This document shows positions 38,345-49,058 of a stretch of 64,000 bases of DNA, piece after piece. A program made the translations under genes and the position numbers. Positions within the stretch are counted from its first letter, which is position 1; every line of letters begins with the position of its first letter. This DNA is from Arcobacteraceae bacterium. GTDB taxonomy: Bacteria > Campylobacterota > Campylobacteria > Campylobacterales > Arcobacteraceae. The stretch spans positions 2,272,001-2,336,000 of the forward strand of contig OY759974.1 in assembly GCA_963662945.1 (NCBI GenBank), written 5' to 3'. The notes under the pieces were generated by a model, which saw only the letters and a program-made list of their open reading frames with translations, was not told the DNA's origin and searched no databases.

Positions 38345-39973
38345 TTATTGTAATGGCAGTATGATGTTAAAGTTAGCACCTAAATATTCTTTTTCATTTA
38401 TCTTAAAAGTTTGATTGTTTACTTCTATTTGACCATTCATACCTTCTACAACCATTGTGTATGTCATATGAAGACCAAGACCTGTTCCTGTTTTTTTATC
38501 TTTGGTTGTAAAATAAGGATCAAATATTTTTTCTAAAATATTATCTGCTATTCCACCACCACTGTCTTGAAAACTTATTATGATTTTATCATTATTAACT
38601 TTAGAACTAATTGCAATAAATCTATCATCTTCATCAATAGTATCTAGTACATCTTTAGCATTATTAAAAATATTCATATAACATTGTATAAGTTCATTAG
38701 GATATGAGTTAAGAGTAATGTTTTTTTCTAAATGAAAAATCATAGTGATGTTATGATTTTTAATAGATGCTTCAACTAATTTTAAAAAGCTATTAATATT
38801 TTCTTCCAAATCAAAATGAATTTTAATTCTATCACCTTTTATAAAGTTTCTAAAATCATCAATAGTTTTTGAAAGATATTGTGCATTATCATTTATCATA
38901 TCACATGTAGTATTGAATTCTTGATCACTGAGTGTTCCAAATTGTTTTTGCATTTTCATACCAGTTGCACCTGTTGAAATTATAGAAAGAGGTTGTCTCC
39001 ATTGATGAGCAATATTTCCAATCATCTCCCCCATAGATGCCATTTTTTCTGATTTGAAAAGTTGTTTTTGGGTTTTAATATTTTTTTCAACTTCCTCTTT
39101 TACTCTTTGTTCTAAATTTGCATTTAAAAGTTGTAATTCGTGGTCATTCTCTTCTAGTTCTCTATTTTGTCTCTCTAATGCGATAGTTTTTTCGTATACT
39201 TTTTCTTCTAGATTTTTGTTTAATAATATAAGTTCTGATTCATTTTCTTTTATTTGTTCAAGCATATTGTTAACTTCTTTTGATAATAAACCAATTTCAT
39301 CAACTCTATTTGTATCAACCTTAATATCTCTTTCTCCATTACTAATTTTGTTTGTTATAGAAATTAGATTGTAAAGGTTTTTTGTTAAATTTGTTGAGAG
39401 AAGATACGCAATGAAAACTCCTAAAATAATTGCTAGTATTGTATATATGATACCATTTTGTGTTATTTGATTAAGAATTTGCGTATTATTTTTTAAAGAG
39501 ATAGAAACTCTTGCCCAACCAATAAATTGAGATTGTCTTAATATTGGTACTGCAATATCTATAATATGTTGATTGTCAATCAAAATTAAAGTAATAGGTT
39601 TTGATTTTAACATAGAAATACTGGTTGTATCACTTAGATATTTATTAAGATAGCTTTTATCTGTATGGGCAATTACTTTTCCATTTGTATCAATTATCAT
39701 GGCATATGTTAGATTGGGATAAAGAATAATTGATTTAACAATCTCTTCTAATCCTATATAGTCATTCGCTAGTACCCAAGATGTTGCATTTTTAGAAAGT
39801 GTCGTTGTTAGACTAATAGCTTGGATTAAACTTTGATTGTGTAAAAATTCTTTTTGGTTATTTGTAAGTTCAATAATAAATAAAGTCATAAACAGTATAT
39901 TTGTTATAACAATTGCAACCATAAGCTGTCGTTTAATTGTTTTTGTAAAAAAATTATTAATAGTTTGTATCAT
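38345..39973 (-). CDS. Membrane sensor histidine kinase (Cache-like sensor, HAMP)
   Basis: IAHQWRQP, NNAKD, DSGGG, FDPYFTTK, GTGLGL. Confidence 0.92.
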   Translation of the reverse strand: MIQTINNFFTKTIKRQLMVAIVITNILFMTLFIIELTNNQKEFLHNQSLIQAISLTTTLSKNATSWVLANDYIGLEEIVKSIILYPNLTYAMIIDTNGKVIAHTDKSYLNKYLSDTTSISMLKSKPITLILIDNQHIIDIAVPILRQSQFIGWARVSISLKNNTQILNQITQNGIIYTILAIILGVFIAYLLSTNLTKNLYNLISITNKISNGERDIKVDTNRVDEIGLLSKEVNNMLEQIKENESELILLNKNLEEKVYEKTIALERQNRELEENDHELQLLNANLEQRVKEEVEKNIKTQKQLFKSEKMASMGEMIGNIAHQWRQPLSIISTGATGMKMQKQFGTLSDQEFNTTCDMINDNAQYLSKTIDDFRNFIKGDRIKIHFDLEENINSFLKLVEASIKNHNITMIFHLEKNITLNSYPNELIQCYMNIFNNAKDVLDTIDEDDRFIAISSKVNNDKIIISFQDSGGGIADNILEKIFDPYFTTKDKKTGTGLGLHMTYTMVVEGMNGQIEVNNQTFKINEKEYLGANFNIILPLQ

Positions 39974-40887
39974 TTTGTTCCACCTATAGTTCTTACTTCC
40001 TTTTCAAATTTTTCTAAAAACCATTCTACTTGATTATATGTTTCTGTATTAGCTTTTTCAAATTTACTTAACTCCATAGGTTTTAATATATCTTTTCCCT
40101 CTTGGGTTGTATGAAGATTAAAAAGTAAAGTTGCAATCTCATTTACTAGTTCTTTAGGCATACTATTTTTAGCTACTAATCCATTATTTGGTAAACTTTG
40201 TGTTTCCCATTTAACGGTTAGTTTATTTGCTATTGTTGGTCTATCTTTTTTGAAAGCTTCCCATGGTGGAGGCCATGTTGCAGCTGCTACTGATTTTTTT
40301 AGAAATAAATTCATAATTGAAGATTCTTGAGAACCTACATAACTATTCTTAATATCTTTATTTACATCTATACCATGTTTGTATAAAAAGTATTGAGGTA
40401 ACATTGTTGCTGCTAATGCAGTGGCAGCAGGATAACTAACAGTTTTCCCTTTTAAATCTTCAATAGTATGAATGTTACCATCTTTTCTTACAAGAATGAT
40501 TCCTTTAAAGTTTTCATCATCCCCCATTTTCCCAAAGATAGTATATCCATGTTTTAATGACTGAACTGTTTGATATGGGTTGGGAAGTGCTAAGTCAAAG
40601 TAGCTAGAAAAAAGTTTTTTATTATATGCTTCATAATTTCTTGATGCTTCAAGTTTTAAATTAATTGAGGGAATATTATGATTAATATAGTCAACTAAAG
40701 GTTGATATACTTCAAATAATTTTTTAGGATTATGTAAAGGATGGACTCCAAAGATATAAGTTTGTTTTACAAATATTGGTTTCTCTGAATACTTGGGTGA
40801 ATATTCATCATTTTTAGTATCACTACAACCACTCAAAAATATTATCAAGAAACAATATACGATAAAAAACTTTAATCTGTTTGACAT
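39970..40887 (-). CDS. PhnD-like phosphate/phosphonate-binding lipoprotein
   Basis: Lipobox LSGC; FKGIILVRKD...IEDLKGK; overlaps the kinase start. Confidence 0.8.
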   Translation of the reverse strand: MSNRLKFFIVYCFLIIFLSGCSDTKNDEYSPKYSEKPIFVKQTYIFGVHPLHNPKKLFEVYQPLVDYINHNIPSINLKLEASRNYEAYNKKLFSSYFDLALPNPYQTVQSLKHGYTIFGKMGDDENFKGIILVRKDGNIHTIEDLKGKTVSYPAATALAATMLPQYFLYKHGIDVNKDIKNSYVGSQESSIMNLFLKKSVAAATWPPPWEAFKKDRPTIANKLTVKWETQSLPNNGLVAKNSMPKELVNEIATLLFNLHTTQEGKDILKPMELSKFEKANTETYNQVEWFLEKFEKEVRTIGGTK

Positions 40888-40979
40888 TTTATGACTCTTA
40901 ATTTTATTTAATACGATTTTATCTAAATATTGCTTTTGTTACGAAATATCTATAATATTTTATTATAATAATATCAAGA

Positions 40980-42920
40980 CTACTTAAGAACAAAGTCTTT
41001 TTTTAATTGTTGCATAATAGTAGTGATTATTTCCATTTCACTAATATTTACAGTTTCAGCTTTTAATTTTTCTATATTTTTTAACAATGGAGAAAACTTT
41101 TTTATTGCAGCTTGTGAAATTGATTGATCAGTTTTAATTTTTGATTTTAACTCAACAAAATAGAGCAGGACACTTTTATTTCCAATAAGCGCAGCATAGA
41201 TACTAGGAAGTATACCATAGTGATCAGGTATATTTTTTATATCACTATCAATATGATTAATCAATTTAATTACTTCTATATTATTTGACCAAACTGCACT
41301 ATGTATTACACTACGACCAAGTTTATCAACTATTTTATAATTAAATCTTACTCTTTTAAGAAGTGCTTTAAAAAGTTTTTTATTACAAGGTGTTTGTGCA
41401 ACTATCTTACTAACAACAGTCCATCCTGTTTTATCTTGAACATTATGGTCTACTTTTGCACTTATTAACATACTCAATCCAGTTTCAAAATCAATATCTG
41501 GATTGTCTTGTTGAAAAGCATGAAGCACATATTCAAAAAAGAGGTTACTTCCATCACTATTAACCATTTTCAAATCAACACCAGCTTTCAGGTAAAGTTT
41601 AAATAAGGGAATATTATCATAAATTAGAGGTTTAAAGAAAATAGGATTTCCTTCAGAATCAAAGAAGTCCAGCTCTCTTTTATAGTATTTGAATATTGCT
41701 TTAAGTACATTCATAAATCGTGTATGTCCAACTGCATATTTCATCACATCATTGTCTATGAAGTCCATTTGCCCATGGTTACTTAATACAAGATTATTTA
41801 AAATTTCAAAAACTGTTTGACCTTTATTGTTTTTTAGAGTTGGATTTGCACCATGTTTCAATAATAGGATTGTAATTTCAAGTTTTTCTATTCCCCCATA
41901 ACAAGCATAAAAGAGAGGTGTTTCACCATTTTTATTTTGTAAATTTACATCAATTTTTTTTTCTAATAACATTAATGTGGATTGTAATTCACTTGATTTA
42001 ATAGTTTGAAAAAGAGCATGTTCATTGTTTTCATTTACTGCATTTATATCCAGTCCAATTTCGATAAGTTTTTTGCTCATTGATAAAAGACTATTTCTTT
42101 TAGCTTCATCAGCAGGATCTATATTTGATAAGGCAGAGAGTACTTCCATAAGAATTGTATTTTTATTTGCAACTCTTGAATTTATATCAAACCCATTTTC
42201 TAAAGCTACTTCTATGATATTAAAAGCTTCAATACCTCTTTGTGCAATAATTGATAAATAGGTATTACCCTCTTTGTTTCTATGGTTTGGACTTGCACCA
42301 TTTTTAATAAGTTTCAACGCAACTTCATCATTAGATAAAGCAAAAGCATGGTGTAAAATATTGTTATTCTCTTTGTCAATATTATTTATATCTAGCTCTT
42401 TGAGCGTTAAAAGATATTCTATAAAATCTATATGACCGTATGATAAAGCATCATATAAAATATTTTGTCCTTTATTATCTTTTGAATTTATATCAGCACC
42501 ATGTTCTATAAGAATTTTCGCCATCTCATGGTCACCCAACATTACAGAGTCTTGTAGTTTTGTTCTTCCATGAATATCTTTTTTATTGATATCTGTTTCA
42601 ATTTTAGAAAGGATAACTTGTACTACTCTATGGTATTGATTTTCTATTGCAATGTCAAAAGGAGTAAATCCATTTTTATTAGCCACATCAATTTCAATTC
42701 CTTTTTCTATTAGCCACAGTGCTGCCTCAGTTTTTCCGTTGTAGATAGCAAGGTATAAATAGTTTTCACTGTTAGTATTTAAATGGTTTATGTTGATTTC
42801 ATATTTAGTAAATGCTTTTTCTAATTTTGTTTTGTTAAAATTATTATTAATTAGTTCATTCAAAAATAATTCATTTGTATTCGTATTGTTTTGTATTTTT
42901 TGAACGAGTTTTTTTATCAT
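40980..42920 (-). CDS. Large ankyrin-repeat protein
   Basis: Many ANK repeats (GFTPFDIA, GETPLFYA, GRSVIHSA). Confidence 0.88.
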   Translation of the reverse strand: MIKKLVQKIQNNTNTNELFLNELINNNFNKTKLEKAFTKYEININHLNTNSENYLYLAIYNGKTEAALWLIEKGIEIDVANKNGFTPFDIAIENQYHRVVQVILSKIETDINKKDIHGRTKLQDSVMLGDHEMAKILIEHGADINSKDNKGQNILYDALSYGHIDFIEYLLTLKELDINNIDKENNNILHHAFALSNDEVALKLIKNGASPNHRNKEGNTYLSIIAQRGIEAFNIIEVALENGFDINSRVANKNTILMEVLSALSNIDPADEAKRNSLLSMSKKLIEIGLDINAVNENNEHALFQTIKSSELQSTLMLLEKKIDVNLQNKNGETPLFYACYGGIEKLEITILLLKHGANPTLKNNKGQTVFEILNNLVLSNHGQMDFIDNDVMKYAVGHTRFMNVLKAIFKYYKRELDFFDSEGNPIFFKPLIYDNIPLFKLYLKAGVDLKMVNSDGSNLFFEYVLHAFQQDNPDIDFETGLSMLISAKVDHNVQDKTGWTVVSKIVAQTPCNKKLFKALLKRVRFNYKIVDKLGRSVIHSAVWSNNIEVIKLINHIDSDIKNIPDHYGILPSIYAALIGNKSVLLYFVELKSKIKTDQSISQAAIKKFSPLLKNIEKLKAETVNISEMEIITTIMQQLKKDFVLK

Positions 42921-42978
42921 TACTTATCGCTTTTTAAAAAGTTATTTATTTTAAAGTATAATAACATTTTATCTAAAA

Positions 42979-43734
42979 CTACTTAATCTTAGGTAGTTTT
43001 AAAACCATATCTTCACCTATCATTATTCTATTGCAATGACCAGCTATTTGTTTATCTTTTGTAATAAAGTTCATATTCATATAGGAATATTTATGAGTGA
43101 TTTCTCCTCTTTGTAAACTATGAAATCCTAGAATAGTTACAGGTGTATTTAACATGGTATCTTGAAATGTAGATGAAATATATTTTTTGGAAGATGCTTG
43201 TTTTTCATCTTGTGGTTTAAAGGAACAAGTTCCGGTACTACATCTAATTGAATCATTTTTATTATAGGTAAAAATTCTATACTCGTTAGCTTTTATATTC
43301 CCTTCAAGTATAAAAGGAAAAGGTTTGTAGGTATTTATGCCATACTCATGAGCAATATTATCTAAGTATTCCTCAAATTGTTTTTCTGTGTAGATAGTAT
43401 TTGGAACTTTAAAAGTTGCCCATTGTGGGACATTACTATAGAGCAAAAATGAGGCTTTTTTATTGAATGTTTTGTCAAATTTAATCCATTTGTGTGACAT
43501 AGAAGTAATATAAGGTTGTTGATTAAAAATTTGAATTTCCCCTTGTAAATTTTCTACTAAACCTATGGCATAGAGCGAGTTTTTATTTTTTATTTTGTTT
43601 AAATCAATGGTTTGATTTGTTTGTTGATATTCTAAAAGTGATGTTAAGTTTCCAAATGAATATACCTTTTGATCCCATATTTCATTGGCAAAAAAGTTAC
43701 TTACAATTAAGATGAGTGCTAAGACTATTTTCAT
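42979..43734 (-). CDS. Exported alpha-acetolactate decarboxylase-like protein, degenerate
   Basis: Signal peptide; LYAIGLVENLQGEI, PFPFILEG, ILGFHS, FITKDKQIAGH. Confidence 0.6.
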   Translation of the reverse strand: MKIVLALILIVSNFFANEIWDQKVYSFGNLTSLLEYQQTNQTIDLNKIKNKNSLYAIGLVENLQGEIQIFNQQPYITSMSHKWIKFDKTFNKKASFLLYSNVPQWATFKVPNTIYTEKQFEEYLDNIAHEYGINTYKPFPFILEGNIKANEYRIFTYNKNDSIRCSTGTCSFKPQDEKQASSKKYISSTFQDTMLNTPVTILGFHSLQRGEITHKYSYMNMNFITKDKQIAGHCNRIMIGEDMVLKLPKIK

Positions 43735-43735
43735 A

Positions 43736-45151
43736 TTAACTAGAACAACTACACTTTAAAGCTTTGAAATTTTTGTTTGGTTGTGTATATTTTTCAAATG
43801 CCTTGTGTTCATTATAGGGATTGTGTGCAATTTTTAGTAAATCATTTACTAAAGAATAATCCCCATTTTCAGCTTGGTCAATAGCATCTTGAAGCATATA
43901 GTTTCTTAAAATATATTTTGGATTTATGGTTTTCATTTGGGTCAATCTTTCTTCTTTTGAAACAACTTCTTTCTCTAATCTTGTTTCATAAAGTTCAAGC
44001 CAAGCTTTTAATTGATGTGTAGTTATAAAAGAAAATTCTTCACAGCTTATATTCCAAAAAAATGAGGTGTAGTCTATATTTTCTGAGTGTAAGGCACTAA
44101 AGAGTCTTAAAATAAGTGAAGTATCGTCTATCTTTGTATTGTACAATCCTAATTTTTCTTTGATAAGTGAAAAATATCTTTTTTTGTATTTTCCTATAAA
44201 AGTATCATTGTAACTCTCCATAAGTTTGTGATCAGCAATTGGAGATAAAACTTTTGCTAAAACACTTAAATTCCATTGTGCTATAAAAGGTTGATTTTCA
44301 AAAGAATATCTTCCCTCATGGTCAGATAAATTACATACAAATCCTTTATCAAACTCTTCCATCATAGCATAAGGACCATAATCTATCGTAAGACCTTCGA
44401 TAGACATATTATCTGTGTTCATAACTCCATGCATAAATCCAATACTTTGCCACAAGGCTATCATCTCCATAGTTTTATCAACAATTGCAAAATAGAGTTC
44501 TTCATATTTATTATTGAGATTTTGAAGTTTTGGATAACTCTCTTCTATAACGAAATCAGCAAGTTGTTTAAGATTTTGTTCTTTATCTTTTCCAATATAG
44601 GCATATTCGAAACTTCCAAATCGTATCCAAGAGGTTGAGGCTCGTAATACCATAGCACCTTGTTCATATTCATAATCTCGTAAAACTTTTGTATCAGAAG
44701 TTATCATAGCAACAGCTCTTGTTGTAGGAATACCTAATCCATACATCGCTTCACTTAAGAGATATTCTCTTATTGTTGAGCGTAAGACAGCTCGTCCATC
44801 ACCGTTTCTAGAATAAGGTGTTAGTCCTGCCCCTTTGAGTTGTAAATAATAATTATTGATTTTCCCAAGATTGATTGCTCGTCCATCACCAAGATTTGGT
44901 ACAAAGTAACCAAATTGATGTCCTGAATAGGCTTTTGAATATGGAATAGCTCCTTTAGGTAAGTATTCTCCATTTAAAAATTGTAAAAATTCTTTTGTTT
45001 CTAAACATTCATCGTCAAAGCCTAATTGATGTGCTAAAGATTTGTTAATACTTACGAGTTTAGGATTTGTAAGTGGTGTTATTTTTAATTCAGAATAAAA
45101 AGTTTTATTCAGTTGAGTTAAAATATTGCAATTGAGTTGTATCTTGTTCAT
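43736..45151 (-). CDS. selO: Protein adenylyltransferase SelO (YdiU)
   Basis: YSGHQFG, LGDGR, QLKGAG, DGRAVLRS, HGVMNTDN, IDYGP; C-terminal CSCSS. Second ATG preferred. Confidence 0.93.
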   Translation of the reverse strand: MNKIQLNCNILTQLNKTFYSELKITPLTNPKLVSINKSLAHQLGFDDECLETKEFLQFLNGEYLPKGAIPYSKAYSGHQFGYFVPNLGDGRAINLGKINNYYLQLKGAGLTPYSRNGDGRAVLRSTIREYLLSEAMYGLGIPTTRAVAMITSDTKVLRDYEYEQGAMVLRASTSWIRFGSFEYAYIGKDKEQNLKQLADFVIEESYPKLQNLNNKYEELYFAIVDKTMEMIALWQSIGFMHGVMNTDNMSIEGLTIDYGPYAMMEEFDKGFVCNLSDHEGRYSFENQPFIAQWNLSVLAKVLSPIADHKLMESYNDTFIGKYKKRYFSLIKEKLGLYNTKIDDTSLILRLFSALHSENIDYTSFFWNISCEEFSFITTHQLKAWLELYETRLEKEVVSKEERLTQMKTINPKYILRNYMLQDAIDQAENGDYSLVNDLLKIAHNPYNEHKAFEKYTQPNKNFKALKCSCSS

Positions 45152-45155
45152 TTTA

Positions 45156-45605
45156 TTAACTATTCTCTTCTTTATACTGTTCAATAAAATCAGAAAGGAG
45201 ATAGTTTATAACAGATTCATAAATATCAGTTTGTATCTCCTTAGAATTTGAATCAAAAAAATCATCTTTATAGTATGTAATACCCATATTTTCTATAGAT
45301 TTATTTCGTGTAGGAATTGTATCTTCGACAATAAACATACTGATATGCATTACATATTTTTCATTGATTTGTATTCCTTGAATTTTAACTATAAAATTTG
45401 AAAAATGTTTCGTAGTAGTTTTAATATGTAGTTTATCTAGGGTTTGTTCTAGGTCATATGTTATTTTTTCTAAGTTTGTTTTGGTTGTAAGTTTACTTTT
45501 ATCAATTACTTTGAGGTTTACCTCAGTTATCCCTTCCAGTGAAAAAGGAGATAGTGCGAATAAGTTAGTGACTATAAATAAAGTTATAAAGAGAAGTTTT
45601 TTCAT
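45156..45605 (-). CDS. Exported hypothetical protein
   Basis: Signal peptide MKKLLFITLFIVTNLFA; operon-like overlap with the upstream gene. Confidence 0.7.
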   Translation of the reverse strand: MKKLLFITLFIVTNLFALSPFSLEGITEVNLKVIDKSKLTTKTNLEKITYDLEQTLDKLHIKTTTKHFSNFIVKIQGIQINEKYVMHISMFIVEDTIPTRNKSIENMGITYYKDDFFDSNSKEIQTDIYESVINYLLSDFIEQYKEENS

Positions 45606-46030
45606 GATTTTCCTTTACTCTTGAGAATAGTTTCATCTAATACATTTATAAATTTTTTCTTGGTTTTGTATCCAAAAGAAGTATTAATAATTTTTTCGTT
45701 TTTAGAATCAATAAAAAAGATTGAAGGGACAACTTTTGCAACAAATTTATCAGAAGGATAAAGTTTAGTATCTCTATTAAGAATTAATGGAGTGAAATTT
45801 TGCATCACTACATTACTAATCTCTTTTTTACTTAGTGTTTGTTTTTCTAGTTTTTCACACCAAGGGCAAGTATTGGTCACTAAAACTAGCATTAAAGGTT
45901 TATTTGTTTGTTTGGCATTTTCTTTAGCTTTTTCATAATTTGTAAAGTAATGGTTTTTTTGAGCAAAACTATCCATTGATGCAAAAACAAATGATGAAAG
46001 TAAAGCAATAAAAAAAATATTTTTTAACAT
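45602..46030 (-). CDS. Exported thioredoxin-fold protein (SoxW-like)
   Basis: Signal peptide, CPWC, cis-Pro motif VVP. Confidence 0.82.
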   Translation of the reverse strand: MLKNIFFIALLSSFVFASMDSFAQKNHYFTNYEKAKENAKQTNKPLMLVLVTNTCPWCEKLEKQTLSKKEISNVVMQNFTPLILNRDTKLYPSDKFVAKVVPSIFFIDSKNEKIINTSFGYKTKKKFINVLDETILKSKGKS

Positions 46031-46155
46031 TAGAAATCCTTATTTAAGTTATGAAACACTATCAAAACTTTTTTAAAGTTTATTTAATATAAACTTGTAA
46101 TGTAAAATATTTTAATGGTGAAAGTTTAGATCAATATTAATTATGAGGGGATGTT

Positions 46156-46644
46156 ATGAAAACATTGTATATTATAAGACATGCAAAATCTAGTTGGAAA
46201 GATATTGCTTTAGATGATTTTGATAGACCTTTAAAACAAAGAGGAAGAGATGATACTATTCTAATGGCGAAGAAACTAATTGAATTGAATATCTCTCCAG
46301 ATTTAATTATTTCAAGTCCCTCTAAAAGAACAAAATGTACAGTTGATATAATGACAAAAGAGATGGGATATAGCAAAGAAATTTTATATGAAGATAAAAT
46401 TTATGAATCAAATATGATTAATTTAAAAAATGTCATTAAAAACATCAATAATAAATATAATACTGTTTTTCTTTTTGGACATAATCCTGGATTAAATATG
46501 TTGGCTGAAGACTTATGTGATTTTGTTAAAAACATAGCTACAACAGGTATAGTAGAAATTCATTTTGACTGTGATAATTGGAGTGAAATATCCAAACAAA
46601 ACAGTCATTTTATTAAGTATATCTATCCAAAAAAATATAAATAA
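46156..46644 (+). CDS. sixA: Phosphohistidine phosphatase
   Basis: RHAKS, DFDRPL, SSPSKRT, GHNPG. Confidence 0.88.
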   Translation: MKTLYIIRHAKSSWKDIALDDFDRPLKQRGRDDTILMAKKLIELNISPDLIISSPSKRTKCTVDIMTKEMGYSKEILYEDKIYESNMINLKNVIKNINNKYNTVFLFGHNPGLNMLAEDLCDFVKNIATTGIVEIHFDCDNWSEISKQNSHFIKYIYPKKYK

Positions 46645-46712
46645 TATAGGTTGATAATTTAACTTATTTAAAGACCATATAAAGTAAAATTGAAAAAAAG
46701 AAGGATTTATAA

Positions 46713-46901
46713 ATGAGATTGATTTTAGCTATTTTAATACCTTGGTTAAATTTTTTTACCATAGGAAAACCAATTGCAGGTATTATTTGTTTGATTTTAC
46801 AACTTACACTTATTGGTTGGTTGCCAGCTGCCATTTGGTCTGTATACTCTTTAAGCCAATACAATACAGATAAAAAAATAAAAGAAGCTTTGAAAAAATA
46901 A
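46713..46901 (+). CDS. YqaE/Pmp3-family small membrane protein
   Basis: LAILIPW...LTLIGWLPAAIWS; AAGGA SD. Confidence 0.8.
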   Translation: MRLILAILIPWLNFFTIGKPIAGIICLILQLTLIGWLPAAIWSVYSLSQYNTDKKIKEALKK

Positions 46902-46961
46902 TTTTAGAAAATAAGTTCCTTTTGTGTACAATCTAGTTTATTATGACAAAAGGTATGTAAC

Positions 46962-49058
46962 TTGGACGACAAATATACAATACTTTCAAAAGTATTTGGA
47001 CACAAAAGCTTTAGACCTTTTCAAGAGGAAGCTATTGAGAGCTTGCTTAATCACAGAGATTTACTGACGATTATACCAACAGGTGCTGGAAAATCACTTT
47101 GTTATCAACTTCCCGCTTTACTTATGGAAGGTATATGTGTCGTAATCTCTCCACTGATTGCTTTGATGCAAGATCAAGTGACTGCGCTCAAGGCAAATGG
47201 AATGAATGCAGTTATGATAAACTCTTCATTAACTGAAGAACAAATCAATGAAACTTTTACTCAAATTCAACAAGGCGAAATAAAATTTTTATATATCGCT
47301 CCTGAGAGATTTGCTGCTTTTGGTTTTATTGAGTTTTTACAATCAATACAAATCTCTTTTTTTGTAATTGATGAAGCGCATTGTGTAAGTGAATGGGGAC
47401 ATGAATTTAGAGTAGATTATAGGAAGTTACGATTACTAAAAGATAACTTTCCAAATATTCCAATAGCCGCATTTACAGCAACAGCAACTGCAAAAGTTCA
47501 GTCTGATATTATTTCAAATTTATTACTTCACAATCCTACTGTTTTAAGAGGAGAAACAAATAGAACAAATCTTTTCATAGAAGTAAGAAATAGAGTTGGA
47601 AATGGAAAAGAACAGTTGTTGGAGTTTCTTAAAAATAAAAAACAAACTACTGGAATAGTATATACATATACAAGAAAAGAGACAGAACAAATTGCATTGT
47701 ATTTACAGGAAAAAGGTTATCATGCAAAAGCATATCATGCAGGGCTTAATGCTGGTGTAAGAGAAGAAGTATATAAAGAATTTATAAATGATAAGTTAAA
47801 TATAGTAGTAGCAACCATAGCTTTTGGTATGGGGATAGATAAAAGCAATATTCGATTTGTAGTACACACCTCTATGCCTAAAACTATGGAAAACTTTTAT
47901 CAAGAGATAGGCCGTGCTGGAAGAGATGGACTTGATTCTCATACTCTTTTACTCTATACCAAAGCAGATCAAATAAGTAAACTAGCACAGATAGATGATA
48001 CTATGAGTTTAGAGTATAGAAAGGTTTTAGAAGATAAATTACAAAAAATGTACCAGTTTTGTAGTTCTTCTCAATGTCGTCATCAATCAATTGCCAAATA
48101 TTTTGATGATGAGATACTTCCTTGTAAAACAATGTGCGATAATTGTACAAAAGAGAAAGTAGAACAATTCGATATTACGGTAGAGGTACAAAAGTTTTTA
48201 TCTGCTGTATATAGAACAAATCAAAGTTTTGGACAAAATCATATTATAGATATCTTGCGAGGTTCAAATAATCAAAAAGTATTTCAATTTAATCATAATG
48301 AGTTAAGTGTTTATGGCATAGGAAAAGAAAAAAGTAAAAATGAATGGAATGCAATAATAGATAGACTTTTTGATATAGAAGCAATAACTGTAGGAGAATA
48401 TCGTTCAATCAAGCTTACTTCTTATGGTATGGAAATACTAAAAGGACAACATAAAGTTTTTATAGACAGTGATAAAGTTGGTATTTTAGAGATACAAGAA
48501 ACAACAACTACTAATGAGAAAGTATATTCTCAGTTTTTTGAACAATTCAAATTATTAAGAACACAAATAGCTTCTCAAGAAAAAGTTGCTCCTTATATAG
48601 TATTTAGTGATAAAATTTTGGTAGAATTAAGTGATAAATTACCTCAAACTAAAGAAGAGATGTTAAGTATTAGTGGAATAGGTGAGTTAAAATATGAAAA
48701 ATATGGAGAAAAGTTTTTAAATCTTTGTAGAGAATTAAAACCAAATCAAAAGAAAAAACTTACTAAAACATATTTAGATACATTAAACTTGATAGAAGAT
48801 AATAAAGATATAGATGAAATTGTAACCATACGGCAACTTCAAAAAGCTACAATTATTTCACATATAAAACTTTTAAAAGAGTATGAACAGTTAGAGCAGA
48901 TTCAAGTTGATAGATTAATAGAACCTTTAAAAAAAGATTATCCAAAAGATATGAAAGTTTGGATTGAAGAGAGATTAGAAAAATATAGTATAGAGGAACT
49001 CAAATCTTTAGTTTATTTATATGAAGTTTTATTTGAAGAAGAAAGGATAGTTGAATGA
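46962..49058 (+). CDS. recQ: ATP-dependent DNA helicase RecQ
   Basis: PTGAGKS, DEAH, QEIGRAGRDG; Zn Cys cluster, RQC, HRDC and C-terminal HTH. Confidence 0.95.
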   Translation: MDDKYTILSKVFGHKSFRPFQEEAIESLLNHRDLLTIIPTGAGKSLCYQLPALLMEGICVVISPLIALMQDQVTALKANGMNAVMINSSLTEEQINETFTQIQQGEIKFLYIAPERFAAFGFIEFLQSIQISFFVIDEAHCVSEWGHEFRVDYRKLRLLKDNFPNIPIAAFTATATAKVQSDIISNLLLHNPTVLRGETNRTNLFIEVRNRVGNGKEQLLEFLKNKKQTTGIVYTYTRKETEQIALYLQEKGYHAKAYHAGLNAGVREEVYKEFINDKLNIVVATIAFGMGIDKSNIRFVVHTSMPKTMENFYQEIGRAGRDGLDSHTLLLYTKADQISKLAQIDDTMSLEYRKVLEDKLQKMYQFCSSSQCRHQSIAKYFDDEILPCKTMCDNCTKEKVEQFDITVEVQKFLSAVYRTNQSFGQNHIIDILRGSNNQKVFQFNHNELSVYGIGKEKSKNEWNAIIDRLFDIEAITVGEYRSIKLTSYGMEILKGQHKVFIDSDKVGILEIQETTTTNEKVYSQFFEQFKLLRTQIASQEKVAPYIVFSDKILVELSDKLPQTKEEMLSISGIGELKYEKYGEKFLNLCRELKPNQKKKLTKTYLDTLNLIEDNKDIDEIVTIRQLQKATIISHIKLLKEYEQLEQIQVDRLIEPLKKDYPKDMKVWIEERLEKYSIEELKSLVYLYEVLFEEERIVE

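Noticed and set aside
43736-43753. Selenocysteine at the SelO C-terminus
   Set aside because: The gene ends CSCSS then TAA; there is no in-frame TGA.
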